Positions 1 to 13,264 of a stretch of DNA of 64,000 nt are shown here, in pieces (the stretch's first letter is position 1; every line of letters starts with the position of its first letter). The translations under genes and the position numbers were made by a program. The notes beneath the pieces were generated by a model. It saw only the letters and a program-made list of their open reading frames with translations, did not search any database and had not been told where the DNA came from. Origin of the DNA: Callorhinchus milii (Eukaryota). Location: assembly GCF_018977255.1 (NCBI RefSeq), contig NW_024704742.1, positions 49,106,001 to 49,170,000 of the forward strand, written 5' to 3'.

Positions 1-231
1 TAAACACAATATACTGTATCACTAATATTAAAATATAAATCATGCAATAGAAAAATAAAATCTTTACCTTTTCATATACTTAATTATCCATTATGTAGTA
101 CTTCAATTATACAATAATAATAATAATAATAGTAATCCTTGCATTTGATATAGCACCTTATCATGTCGCCGAAACATCTCAAAGCACAACAAAGAATATA
201 CTGTAAAGTGGATTGACCATGTATTCTGTGT

Positions 232-432
232 GCCAGGTCAGCCTGGCTCAGTTGGCAACACATGTCTTTGGGTCAGGGAATTTGTGGGTTCAATCCATTT
301 TTGAAACTTGGGACTCATAATCTGGGCTTATACTTCAGTGCAGTACTGGGACAGCACTAAATTGTTAGGGGTGCTATGTTACAGAGGAGATGTTAAACTG
401 AGAATTTGTCCATCTGCTCAGGTGGACGTTTC
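232..432 (+). mobile_element. Older tRNA-head SINE with Deu-domain-like core (SacSINE1/AmnSINE-like), 5' part
   Basis: GTCAGCCTGGCTCAGTTGG (A box), GGGTTCAATCC (B box), CAGTGCAGTACTG...GAGATGTTAAAC core. The family name is from recall. Confidence 0.7.
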
Positions 433-537
433 AATGGCTGAGTTAAGGCGGAGGTTATAAGGAACTTTTTCACTCGGATGGCTGTTACGACATGGAATAC
501 TGTGTCACAAGTGACCATTAAAGCAGAGATCACAATA

Positions 538-617
538 ACATTTAAACAGGAATCAGATAACACTTGAAGAGGATCATATACATTTAAACAGGAATCAGAT
601 GACACTTGAAGAGGATA
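538..617 (+). repeat. 42-bp tandem duplication (2 copies)
   Basis: ACATTTAAACAGGAATCAGATRACACTTGAAGAGGAT at 538 and 580. Confidence 0.85.
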
Positions 618-1104
618 ATCATTTGTGTTAGGTAAAGAGATATTTGTTAGGGAAGGGTAATTAAGCACTCAGAAACACTACCCTACGTGGAAGGCACTAT
701 ATAAGTGCAAGTTGTTGTTAGGTATCAAGGGATATGGGGCAAAAGTGGGTAATTAGAATTGAGGTACAGATCAGCTATGATCTAATAAAATGGTGGAACA
801 GGTTCGAGGGGCTGAATGGCCTCCACCTGTTCCAAATAAAAAAAGATAAAAGCATATAAGGGAAATGGGATTTGAGTAGTCAACTCTAGTGGAGGAGGTG
901 AGATGGCAAGCAGTGGAAGGACAGGGCCCAACTACAAGGGTTTAAGGCTGAGGCTTGTCACACCAGTGGCCAGACATTGACAAAACTAACTTTTCTGCGA
1001 TGCTATCATTGTCACTGAAGAAAAACAATGGGCAAATTTGACCAATGATAGTTATATTATATCAGCATTTTCATCCATATCCCTGGAGCTCAGATATGCA
1101 TTTA

Positions 1105-1387
1105 GATTCTTCGGATGAGATGTTAAACCGAGGTCCCACCTGTCTATTCAGGTGGATATTAAAGATCCCATGGCACGACTTGAAAAAGGAAGGGATTTTT
1201 TTCCAGGGTCTTGGCCAACAATCTCCCAAATAAAATTGTTCATTCCCTTCATGGCTGTTTGTGGGACATTGCTGTGTGCAACTTGGCTGCCGTGTTTGCC
1301 CACAAAGCATCTACAGTTACACCACTTTACAGGATATCCTGTGAATCGCTTTGGGACACCCTCCTGATGTCCAATGCAAGGATTATA
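1105..1387 (+). mobile_element. Older Deu-domain-like SINE, 3' part
   Basis: TTCGGATGAGATGTTAAACCGAGG...GATCCCATGGCAC core, then the GCTGTTTGTGGGACATTGCTG...AATGCAAGGATTAT tail shared with the young SINE. Similar decayed copies at ~17780-18100, 27930-28270, 30510-30760 and 51960-52250. Confidence 0.75.
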
Positions 1388-2157
1388 TGCTCTTAAATTC
1401 TAGTTCAGGAAGAGTGAAAAGATGGACCCGTTACGAAATGGTTTTCAAAGTTTGCGATTTTTGAAAAAAAAATGGATTTGAGTCTAAACTCAGAATTCCT
1501 AAAACTTGCCATTTCCAGAGACAGAAACTTGAATTTCTGCCCAGGGGTTGTACATTCTGATCTGATGTGACTGGCATTAAAACTTTCCAGTTCTTGGCTT
1601 CGGATTCAAACTGAATTGAAATATTTCCAGACTTTTGTGCAGTCTTAAATTATATAACCAATTGGTTTTTCAGGCTAAATTTGGGTGTCATTTCAGGCCT
1701 TATCTGCTCTGTTGCATATCTAAGCGCGCTGAAACCCATGTGTAGGACGCTATATAAATGCAAGTTGTTGTTATTGATTCAATATGGATACTGGTGTAAG
1801 CTATTTTACATTGCTAGCATAGTTTTATTACTTCCAAGTCAAAATAATTTGCTGCAGCAAATGTGAACAGTGCCCTCAGCTATTTATTAATGGTTCAAAT
1901 TAATTGTTGAGGGAACTATTCATGTCTGCCTGATGATTTTAAAACTTTAAGGCTGATTCTTATTTTTAAATTCATGTTTTACTGAAACTGATGAGATAAT
2001 AGTAAACGAGAGAAGCCCACAATGCATATGAGGCTTTCCGACTTTGATTTTTAATTGTTCTGGTATTATAGTAACATTTGAAATTGAATTTTGCCAACAA
2101 ATGGACACATTTACCAATTCTGTTGCATATTACTGTACTGGGAAATATTAAATAGTG

Positions 2158-2199
2158 TTAACTCTCTATTAAGAGCAGTTTAACTCTCTATTAAGAGCA
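2158..2199 (+). repeat. 22-bp tandem duplication
   Basis: TTAACTCTCTATTAAGAGCA at 2158 and 2180. Confidence 0.85.
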
Positions 2200-3599
2200 A
2201 TCAGTAGACTGGCCTATTCTGGTCTTATTCACTAATTTGGGATTTAGGTTACAGTCAGTTTCAAATGAAAGAAAAACAAGACTGTGAAAAGGCTCCTGAA
2301 CAGTGAGTTGCTCTCATGGCTGAGGTCCTCACAAGATGAAGCTCAAATTAATATAAAAAGTCTTTTATTCTGAGATATTACCTTTGGAGATCAGGGTAAA
2401 AAAACATCTTCGAAATAAATCAGTCAGTCACAGTCTCATCAGCTGTGGACATGAGTCTCCAGTTTTTGAACCATTCTTCACAATCTGCCTAAACATATCC
2501 CAAATCGAACAAGTTTCCTTCCGAAAAGTTTTTGTTTTAATTGTAATTTTAAGCACTGGACTTTTGAAATAACGAGCAAGATTTGTGCATTTTACATCCG
2601 AATATATTGGAAGGTCTGATGGTCGTGCATGTATGTGTATTTTGGGGTGGGGGTATGTGTGTGTGTGTGTGTGTGGTGGGGGGGTGTTTGACTTTATGCA
2701 ATAGACCTTCACTGAACTGAAAGCGTTTCTACAACTGCTCCATCCAGACTTCAGTGTCAGCAGTGCTGGAGGGCAGAGCAGCTCCCAGTGCACACGTTAC
2801 TCCTGGTGCTGAGGATTGGCTGCCCGGCCACAGTCCAACGTGTGTGTGTGTGTGTGTGTCAATTTCACTGTGAACTTCAGCACAGACACACACACACACA
2901 CACAGACAGACAGACCGACAGGGTGCAGCTATGCAACAGGCGAGCAAGAGCCCCCCTCCCCACCCCACACCCCCCCCCCACCCCCTGACATCCAGCCTAT
3001 CACCATCCATCCCCTCACACAGCTCTCGGTGAATGCATCTAACGCTGGAGGGACCTTGAAGCAAGTGGCGAGGGATTTGCAAAAGGGGGAAGAAGCAAAT
3101 GGGAAATCATTTACATCTGGTGACAAGCAATTAATGGTTAAAAGAAACTTTTTTCCCCCCCTCTCTCTCCAAAAAAAAGGGGGGAGGGAGTGGCAACTCG
3201 TTTGGTCAAACCCCCCATTAGGCGCCTGGAGAAGAGATGACCAGGTTCACAGATAATTTTGAGACACGGGTGGAACTGCTTTTATTTATTTTTCCCCGAA
3301 GACGTCCACACACCTTTTCACTGTGTCAAACACCGAACGGGGAAAGTTCTGAAAGTGGCTTCTGTTTTGCACACATCGCCCTGAACGCGAACTGACCCGA
3401 GAGCCGCTGGAGATCGCCCGGGAGAGAGGTTCCCGGGGAGAGACCCCCGGGGGTGGGGGGGGGGGGGTGGCACTGGCAGTGCGAGGCTGAGGATTGAAGT
3501 CGTGCCTTTTTGAAGGACTTTCTCGCAGTCCCATCGCAGCAGCAATTGGGAAGCCCTCCCGCTCACTGCCCCCACACTCGGGGAATGAAGATCAACGTG

Positions 3600-3636
3600 C
3601 AAGTCAAGTCAAGTCAAGTCAAGTCAAGTCAAGTCA
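3600..3636 (+). repeat. (CAAGT)n pentanucleotide microsatellite
   Basis: About 7 perfect units in the promoter region. Confidence 0.9.
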
Positions 3637-3760
3637 GTCATCGGGTCAGTCTCGCAAAGTTCCTGCAGCCCCCGCCTCGAACTAGGAGAAATATACTGGG
3701 GGGGGGGGGGGGGGGGATTTTTTTTAAAAAAATCCAAAAATAAGTGTTGCTCTCACGATA

Positions 3761-3767
3761 TATAAAA
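3761..3767 (+). promoter_or_regulatory. Candidate TATA box of shisa3
   Basis: TATAAAA in a GC/CpG-rich region ~540 bp upstream of the shisa3 ATG. The TSS itself is not visible from sequence. Confidence 0.45.
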
Positions 3768-3920
3768 GAAACACACGCACATAGCAAGTTGCACTCGAAG
3801 CATTAAAGAAGTCGAGAGGCGGTTTTGTTTTAAGCGCCAACACACCCAACGCGCACACACACACACACACACACACAAATACCCCCAAATGTATCACGGG
3901 ATGGTGTGTGTGAGTGAGTG

Positions 3921-4972
<1,052 letters not shown>

Positions 4973-7164
4973 GACATTACGAAAGGCCATGAAATAATCT
5001 GAGATGATCAATTTGTACATATCCCCCGAATAAGATGTGGGGAACGCCCGAGCAGCTCCGTGTTTCTTACACGGAATAAATAGCAGCACATACACATCGG
5101 GCAACACCGGGGGAAACCCAAATAGATATTTCCCGAGTCCTTTGCGATTGCGGGTGAAAGTTGCGATGTTTCGGTGATTATCACTTTGAATCCGGTTGCG
5201 AAACATTGCAATTTTCGCCCTGCGAAAGAACCCGTCTTACCTGCAGTGTTCAGCAAACACACTGAAACACACCAAGACCCTGAACGAATTCATAAAAAAA
5301 TGTCTCTGACACTTGAAAATACAGCGTGAAATGTAATATATAGAAATACAATTAATACCTGATATCTTTAATCAATCGCCTGCAAAATACACAGTCAATC
5401 CACGTTACAGTATATTTTGTGAAGCGCTTTAAGACGTCCTGCGACTGGTTTATCGTTAAGGTTTGATTCGACATTTAGATTGGACTGAAATATCATTGCT
5501 CCTCTTTTTTTTCATGTGCACTCTCTAATCCGCATGTATTGGTATATTGATGTTTATGATGTGCACAGCCTTTAGCTAAGTACAGATCTCCCAGAGGGTA
5601 TCATCCCAAAAGATATCTCAGCCTAATCATAATATAATAATAATCCTTGCATTTGATACAGCGCCTTGTCAAGTCTTCGAGACGTCTCAAAGCGCTTCAT
5701 AGGATATACTGTAAAAGTGAACTGACTGTATATGTTGTGGGCGAAATAATTCACTGATGAATTACAAAGTCTTTACAAACTCTCCCTAACAAAAACCCTT
5801 GCAGTTTGGTTCATCTGGAACCGGTAGATCATGTATTTTGCTTCTACTGTTACCCAGACCTGCCCTGCACCCCACCCCCCAAAAAAAATTGTGTGTGTGT
5901 GTGAGAAATGAAACGTGCAGCGAGCTTCCTGCCGGGAGCAAACGTGAAGCCAGTAATTGGCCAGGTCTCCTCCCGAGTGAGCCAACATCCACTTAACTCA
6001 GTGCATACGACAAACCAGTCAAACCGAGCAAATCGTATATCAGAGCAGGGAAATCCAGGGTGACAAGTGCTCACAGAGATTCATGTTCCATCTGCTACAC
6101 AGTAAACCCACCCTCCACACCATGTGTATATATATATATGTATATAACGTATTATGTGGATTTGGTTCCCCTTCCTTTTTTCTAATAACTTCTATATATA
6201 TATATATATATATATTAAGATGACTATTTAAAGTTGTGCTTCGCCTCAGTTTGAGTTGCCAGCTCCAAAGTTATTGCACCATCTGCTCTCCAATTGAGAT
6301 TCTTAACCTAACAGCAAACGAAAAAAAATTTTTGTTATATGTAAATTAGATTAAAAAAAATACAAGTCTGTGGGGGGCGGGAGGGTGGGGGGGGGGGGGG
6401 GGGGGTCTCGTGTTCAAATCTCTTAGATTTAAATTACAGCAAAACACAGATAGGTCATCGGAAAGGGGTGGTGTCTCTGTGAGTGGTGAGCAAGCAGGAG
6501 ATGTGAATCTGAGTGAACCAGATGAGCATGAAATTGCATTAGCCCCGTGTAGAAAAGGGAGAGAAAGGTAAACCAGTGTCTGTGTGACAGCCTCTGTATT
6601 GATAATCTTGGAGATGCAGCTTCGGTTTCCATTGCTTTCTCAGCATCAAATAAAACCTCGATCCCCGGGACGTGACCCTGGTGGGATCTCCCGGGTTCTC
6701 CGGAGAAGCTTCAGACTTTCTCAACTTTAATATCAGATGCAGAGCATCTATCTCTGCAGGAACTCGGGGTGGGATTAGCGCTGAGGAATGTATACTCACT
6801 TAGGAACAGGTTTGAGATGCGTGTCGAATTATTGCTCCGGGAATATGGTAAACACACACACACGAAGTCTTAAGTCCAAAGCAAACATACACGTAGTCGT
6901 CTAAGTTCAGCTGCGCACAGTGAGATGCAATGGGACAGTGCAGCGCTATGCGATGTTATATTCGGTAACAGCGACCAAAGTAGCACTCAGTGTGAATCGC
7001 ACGCATTCCTGTTTTCAGACAGAAGTATTGCAGATAAATATCAGAGGTACTGTGATTGCTTCTGGAATTACATTGCACATTGAACACATTTCGCGCATGT
7101 AACAGTGCCGCTGTATTAAATGCAATTAAGCGAAGATTATATTTTGTTTTGTTCGGTTCCGAAC

Positions 7165-7165
<1 letters not shown>

Positions 7166-7211
<46 letters not shown>
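7166..7211 (+). repeat. (AATC)n microsatellite
   Basis: About 11 perfect units. Confidence 0.92.
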
Positions 7212-9091
7212 GCTTTTTTTTCCCTCTATGTAATGCAACAATAATTGAAGAAGATGTTATCAGGGGCAGGGAACGTGGTCAACTATTTCAACTATTTAAC
7301 TCGTTTGAAACGGTGGTCTGCAAAACGCACCGGTGCCCACACAGGGTTATACTTTGCAGAAGTAATTGGAACCGTTTTCAGGCGAGTTTCGATGTAGTTG
7401 GCGAGTGGGAATGGCTCTGCTCTCTCTGCAAAATAACTTGACGTTTTGTTATTTAAGGATCACTTGTACCTTCTTCCACTCCGCGGTTATAATGGTGATA
7501 GCGCAATAGAGCATTTGTTTGTGCCTTTCGGCCTCTTTAACACTTGGAAAGGGATTGCACAACAGTTCGATTTTCTGACACTTCGCAATTACCGAATTTT
7601 TCTCGAGTGAAGGAATGCAGGAAATGGGTGAAATCCAACTCCCTCCAGTAAACATTCCACTTGCAAACCGATTTGCAGCTTTCGGTAAACGTTTTCAAGC
7701 GATTCCTTTCAAAGATTTCGGGTATTTGTTTTTCAAAAAAAAAAGAGTCCATCTGACTCGAGTTACTTGGCTGCAGATTCTCGACTCCAAACGTTTGTAA
7801 ATAGACTGTGACAGTCGGCAATCGGGCAATTGCAATAATCGATTCAAATGAGTATTTTATTATCGTTAGGTTTTCACATCCATTCGTTGCGATGCGAATG
7901 TGCTTGGTTTCACATTTGCATTTTCCAAAGTTTCGCCCAAATTCGTTTGCAACCGCCGTCGTCTGTCGTTCAGACGCCGTTTCCATTTAACTGAGGTTAA
8001 TTATATTATTTCGCTTCAATTTTTTTTAATTCTAATTTCTAACTCCGATCAGCTCCATTCGTTCAGCGTCCCTCAATAAAACACCCGTGTGGGTCTGCTG
8101 CAAGCACACCGGTTACTGGAAGGGGGGACATTTACAAAGTAAAGTGCAAAATCGGCTATTGATAACCCATCTTTTTTCTTGAAAAAAAGATCAGTAAATA
8201 TAAGTTTAGTTCACGAGCAAAGTGCTTTGCAGTGATTGACAACGATCGTTCGGTGTAGGGCAGTGTCACTGCTATTGATTGACTTCCTTGACGCCTCGTG
8301 TTTATGATGTTGTTTTGTGCAATCCCTGTGGCCCGGAGTTTGTTCTCACTCGTAACCGTGTATATATAGACCGTATTTTAGTCGTCCTGTATGCAATCAC
8401 ACGTGTAAATAAATACAAACGCTACGTGTGTAGTTGCCTGAGATGTTTGCTCAGATCTTTTTATGCACTGGCGACAGGACTCTCTCTGCCCTCACAACTC
8501 GTGCTCTCTATCTAACACTGTAGCCTTCACAAGTCGTCTCATATTTCAGCCCATGAGATGGACATCAGAAACGAAGGGGAGGGGACAGTTTCCTCCCCTC
8601 AATCATGTCCCCCGATCGATCGACGTTTAAACGATGTGGGGCCAGGCTTTCATGAGCAAATGAAGAAAGCACGAAGCGGCGGATCCTGCACAAGGCTGAT
8701 AGCTTCTCGTTTTAAATGGTTGGTTGGAAAGTGCAGCAAAAGCAAAGTAGCTGCAGAGAGAGCAGACTTGTCAACACGCCTGAATGGTTTTCCAAGCCCG
8801 TGGACAGCCTGATACAGGGAGCAGACGTGAGCGTGTATTTGCATTGGTGGTGGAGGCTAGAAAAATATTGGATAAGCGTTTAAAGTTCATCTGCTCTCTG
8901 CACGACAGGCGTTGAGCGCTGCTGATTAACCAGGTCACTGCATAGAGGACATTTAACTGACACTTGGCTGATCTACACTTCGTATCACGGTGTTGTAGTT
9001 TACCCTCTTTCCCCATAGGCAGTTTTGCATCGCAAATAATCCTTCTAAATTCTATAAGATGCCACTTCTGGCATCGCGTTTCATCGCATAG

Positions 9092-9417
9092 ATAATAATA
9101 ATAATAATAATCCTTGCATTTGATATAGCGCTTTTCACGTCGGGAGGACGTCCCAAAGCGCTTCACGGAACGCACTGTAAAGTGAATTGACTGTATATTT
9201 GTGGGCGAACGCGGCAGCCAATTGCGCACAGCAATGTCCTACAAACAGTCATGGATTGAAAATGACCAATTTATTATTGTTTTTGGTTTTGGAGGGATTA
9301 TTATTAGGCTCTGTGTGGAGTAAGGAAACTTGCCCAAGGTTTCGCCCTCTGCCTGGAATTGAACTCAGGTCTCTCACTTGCAAAGCGAGTGCTCTAACCA
9401 CTGAGCTACAGGACTCC
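9092..9417 (-). mobile_element. Full-length tRNA(Ala)-derived SINE, subfamily A
   Basis: The - strand begins GGAGTCCTGTAGCTCAGTGGTTAGAGC (A box)...GAGTTCAATTCC (B box) and ends in an (ATT)n tail. Near-identical to the copies at 36374 and 60629. Possible TSD ATAGATA. Confidence 0.92.
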
Positions 9418-10070
9418 TATAGATAGAAGAACAAAGTGTGAATATTTGTGAACCATTGCAATGCTAAAAGCTAAACGCTGTGTGTTTAATAAAGCAAGAA
9501 CCAAAGACTTTTCCCCTACAAACCACACCATCACTACACTTTACAGTAATTCACGTCAAGCGCTTTGAGACGTCCTCCTGACGAGAAAGGCGCTATTATC
9601 AAATGGAAGGATTATTTATCGGCAATGAGAAATTCCAAAGTTTTTTTTTAAATTAGGAGTTTATTCACGTGATAAGGCGCTATATCAAATGCAAATATTA
9701 TTATAATTCTCATTTGTTATAATTCACGTGCCACGTTGTCATTTCTGCAATTAATATGCGCAAAATTGTAATCAGAAGGCGATGTTGGCAGTGAGTTGAG
9801 AAATGGAGGGGTTGGGCATTGAAGAGTAAGAGACATTAATCCCCAGGTATAGCAACACTTTGCAGGTCATGCGTAAAAGGAAGCGTCCACGGATTACTCA
9901 CAACAAGTGATATGGCAATGTGCTGCATTATTATTACTGTTAAAAAAAAGTATCTTGAAAACATAATCGAGATAGTTTAATATCTGTGCATGGTCGCCCT
10001 GAAATGAGGGTCTGCTATTGCTCTCTGTCTCTCTCTCTGTGCTAATGCCTTAATGTGCTGTTCTCCACAG

Positions 10071-10585
10071 AGCCCATCTATGTCCCGTTCCTGGTTGTTG
10101 GCTCCATATTCGTGGCGTTTATCATTCTGGGCTCTCTGGTGGCTGTTTATTGCTGTACGTGTCTCAGGCCCAAGCAGCCAAACCCGCAGCCGATGCGGTT
10201 CTCAATGCGAAACCACCAAACCGAGACTATTCCCATGATCCCGACGTTTACAAACATAAGGACCCCATCCAGGCAGTCCAGCACCGCCACCAGCTCCAGC
10301 TCCACCGGGGGCTCTCTCCACAGGTTCTCCATGGGCAGGGCTGAGCCAGGGCACAGCTGTCTGGTCCCCTCGCCCCCCCCGGCTTACAGCTCCCCCCTGC
10401 AACCAGGACAAGCCCTGCATCTCAGTCAGAGCCAGGGCTTCCTGCTGCCACAGCAGTACTTCACCTACACTCTCCAACCAGAACCCTACCCCACGTTCAA
10501 CGATTTCAGCCACAACCGACTGCAGCCCCAGAACACAGCGGCGCCCAACTCGGAACAAGTCACATACAGCAACGCGGGGCTATAG
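10071..10585 (+). CDS. shisa3: Protein shisa-3, coding exon 2 (TM helix, YCCTCLRPK, Ser/Pro-rich tail with PPxY)
   Basis: Pyrimidine tract plus TTCTCCACAG acceptor ending at 10070. Phase matches exon 1 (C+AG=Gln). QPIYVPFLVVGSIFVAFIILGSLVAVYCCTCLRPK...PSRQSSTATSSSSTGGS...PSPPPAY. Stop TAG 10583-10585. Spliced CDS 786 nt = 261 aa. Confidence 0.96.
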
Positions 10586-11825
10586 GAGAGCTTGTGGGGC
10601 AGTTTGCTGTGTGAGTAACCCACTGCCCACCGTGTTACAGTATTGGGAAGTCTTTGGAGGTGGGCTACTGTTTTGCATTCTCATGTGGATGGATGTCACC
10701 CCTTTCTGGACTAAAAATGACTCTTGCTAACCAACAGGGAGGACCTTCATTCTCTACCCTAAGTCTTCCAGAAAGCCTCCAGCTTCACATCAGCCGGATG
10801 TGTAAGGAGGAGCGTGGTTTGCTGGTTTGCTGTTGGACTCGTTGCTCCCCAGCTATAGGTTCTGCTCCTCATGGCTCTGAAAGCAAACTATCCACTCAAA
10901 ATCTGGAGCCTTTTAAAATTCTACACTTTCACGTGCTTTTATCATAGTTAACTGTGATATTAACTGCATAGTTAGAAGTGTAACTTACAATTTACAATCC
11001 TTGTTAAAATTGTTAAGAATAATATGGAGGCCAAACTATTACAATACAGTATTAGCAATCGCACTGAAGTCATATGTTTGACTGATACCCGTTTGGTTAG
11101 ATCAAATTGGATGTGTGGTCTGAGGCAATGTATTACCTGTTTAGTCTGTTAATCAGGTGAACTCACTTTCCTGACTGGGTCTACAGAGTGAATTAAGGAC
11201 TGTTTGCTTCAGGAAACTTTGCAAAATGTCAAATGTAACCGTTTTTTTGAGTGGGGGGAGGGGGTGGTAAACATGGTAAACAGTTGCAGTTTAACCTGAG
11301 ATGCAAACGTTTCTACACAAATTCACCAAGTTTAAGGAGGTAAGAAAAAATCTCCAAGTTTCACGTCCCTGTATTTGACGTATTATTGGAGTTCAAGCAA
11401 TAACCATTTGTGGTAGAATAACAGGCGGTAAACAGAACTTTTATAAGGCGACAAATTTTAAGAACGAGGATAGNTTTTTTTCGCTTGTTCATATATTTTC
11501 ATAACATTTTGTTTTTGACTGAATGCCTTACTTATCTAAATATTGAAAATTAAAGTTATGAAATAATTTATAGAGGAAACATCTAAAGTCGATTATTCTT
11601 AATTCCGACCTTCTCCCGTATATTTACAATACACTTAAATTACTAATTGTTCTAGTAATCATTTTGTTGTTTGAATTATATGATTGGTTGAACTAAACAA
11701 ATGTATGGTGGAAATGAATATTGCATAGGAATATTTTATAAAGTGTCCATTCTGAAAATATGAATGTTAACTTAAAGATCTGAAATTAAAGATGTTTAAT
11801 AAAACATCCTGACAAATTTAGGATT
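10586..11825 (+). other. shisa3: Probable shisa3 3'UTR with polyA signal AATAAA at 11798-11803
   Basis: Repeat-free, increasingly AT-rich sequence after the stop. AATAAA is followed by T/GT-rich sequence at ~11850-11890. Alternative AATAAA sites exist further downstream. Confidence 0.5.
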
Positions 11826-12930
11826 GCAAAATGACATACATTCATGTGCAGATTTTTTTCCCAGCGTCTTTTTTGTGTTCAGTTTTATTTTACTTTATCC
11901 TAAGAGAAAACTAGATGTGCCGATTCTTGTTTGAGTAAGCTTGGGCGGGCTTCGCTGTAACTGGACTCTACAATGAAATAAATAATGCCTCTTCTCTGTG
12001 AATCGAGACACCTCGACCACCCAAACAGGTGATCTTCTCACTTGTGGGATCATGGCTTTGGAGTCACTTCAATTTGCTCACTCCCCTCGGCTCGATCATC
12101 TACCAAAGGCGTCTGACCAGAACACAAAACAAAACCCAGACCTTGGAGAAAGGAAAGTTATTTACCATGATAACTCATCCAAATAGGATCCGACACACAC
12201 ATCTCAATAAATGCAACTCAACGAGTCTCATTTGGTTACTGTGGTAAGTTGTTTATTTGCCTTTACACAGGCTCCAGCATCAGCTTGCAATAAAAGTAGA
12301 ATGTCGAACCTTTTCATGGTTAGCACAAGGAGCATTATAACCCGCAATGGCAATGATCAACGTTTCTACTGGTTCCTATAATGTGTGGCACTCAGTCATA
12401 TTGGACAAACCTGCCTGTATTATCAATCCTTTATCATGGCTTCCACAAGGGCATTGTATTTTGGTAGTTTAAGTAATTCTGATTACTTTTACCAATGCAT
12501 GATTATTTTTCCTCTCAGATTTAGATTTTGCTACTTTATCTAAAGATAGCAGCTAGGTGAAATAGCTTGCTCTGGAAGACAGTGTAAGCAGACCCTGTTA
12601 ACAATTTTAATTAAGATCTGTTGATATCAGTGGCATTGGGAGGTAGAGAGCAACGGTATTTAGCCAAATGGGAACTGTTTAACAATGTTGTTCATTAGGT
12701 TGAAGATTAAACTTGAGACTTGAAATTTGTTTTTTTCAATTTCCATCCTATTAAGATCAATAAAATGATCAGCAGGATGTCACAAAATCACATCAAATGT
12801 TTGGATGAAGAAGGCCTTTGGGTCTATCTGACCACATTCTTCTAGAATACCCACCTTATTGTCCTTCCATAACAGCGTCAAGCTGTTTCTTGAATCCTGC
12901 ATCCTGGCCTCAACACCCTTCCTCGTAACC

Positions 12931-13082
12931 CAGTGGTGGCCAACTCATGGCTCCTAGGGCTGTTAAGAGGTAGCTCGCTGAAATTGTGCATTTCTCTGGG
13001 TAAGTCCATGCATAAGTCCATGATTTATGGCATAAATCAATCAATTTATTTTGTTGGACGACGAAAAGGTTGGCTACCACAG
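12931..13082. mobile_element. 152-bp hAT-type MITE
   Basis: TIRs CAGTGGTGGCCAAC / GTTGGCTACCACAG (12/14 match). 8-bp TSD TCGTAACC / TTGTAACC. Confidence 0.8.
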
Positions 13083-13264
13083 TTGTAACCTGTTCCAGTC
13101 ATTAATGGGTGGGTGGTGGTGGGTGGGATTGGGGAAGGGAAGGACTAAAAAGGATCTGTTTNAAAAAAACTGAGCAAGGCCCACACTGGAACACACTGTA
13201 TGAAGTATTGTGAAATTGGAATGCAGCGTCTTGTCTGCGATTAGCTCTTTGTGTTTTGAGTGCG

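Noticed and set aside
538..617. CRISPR-like direct repeats
   Set aside because: Only two adjacent copies, no unique spacers, no cas genes, vertebrate context.
8771..9426. Recurring ORFs 'RNWLPRSPTNIQSIHFTV...' and '[21 protein letters not shown]...' suggesting a multicopy gene family
   Set aside because: They are reading frames through copies of the same non-coding SINE.
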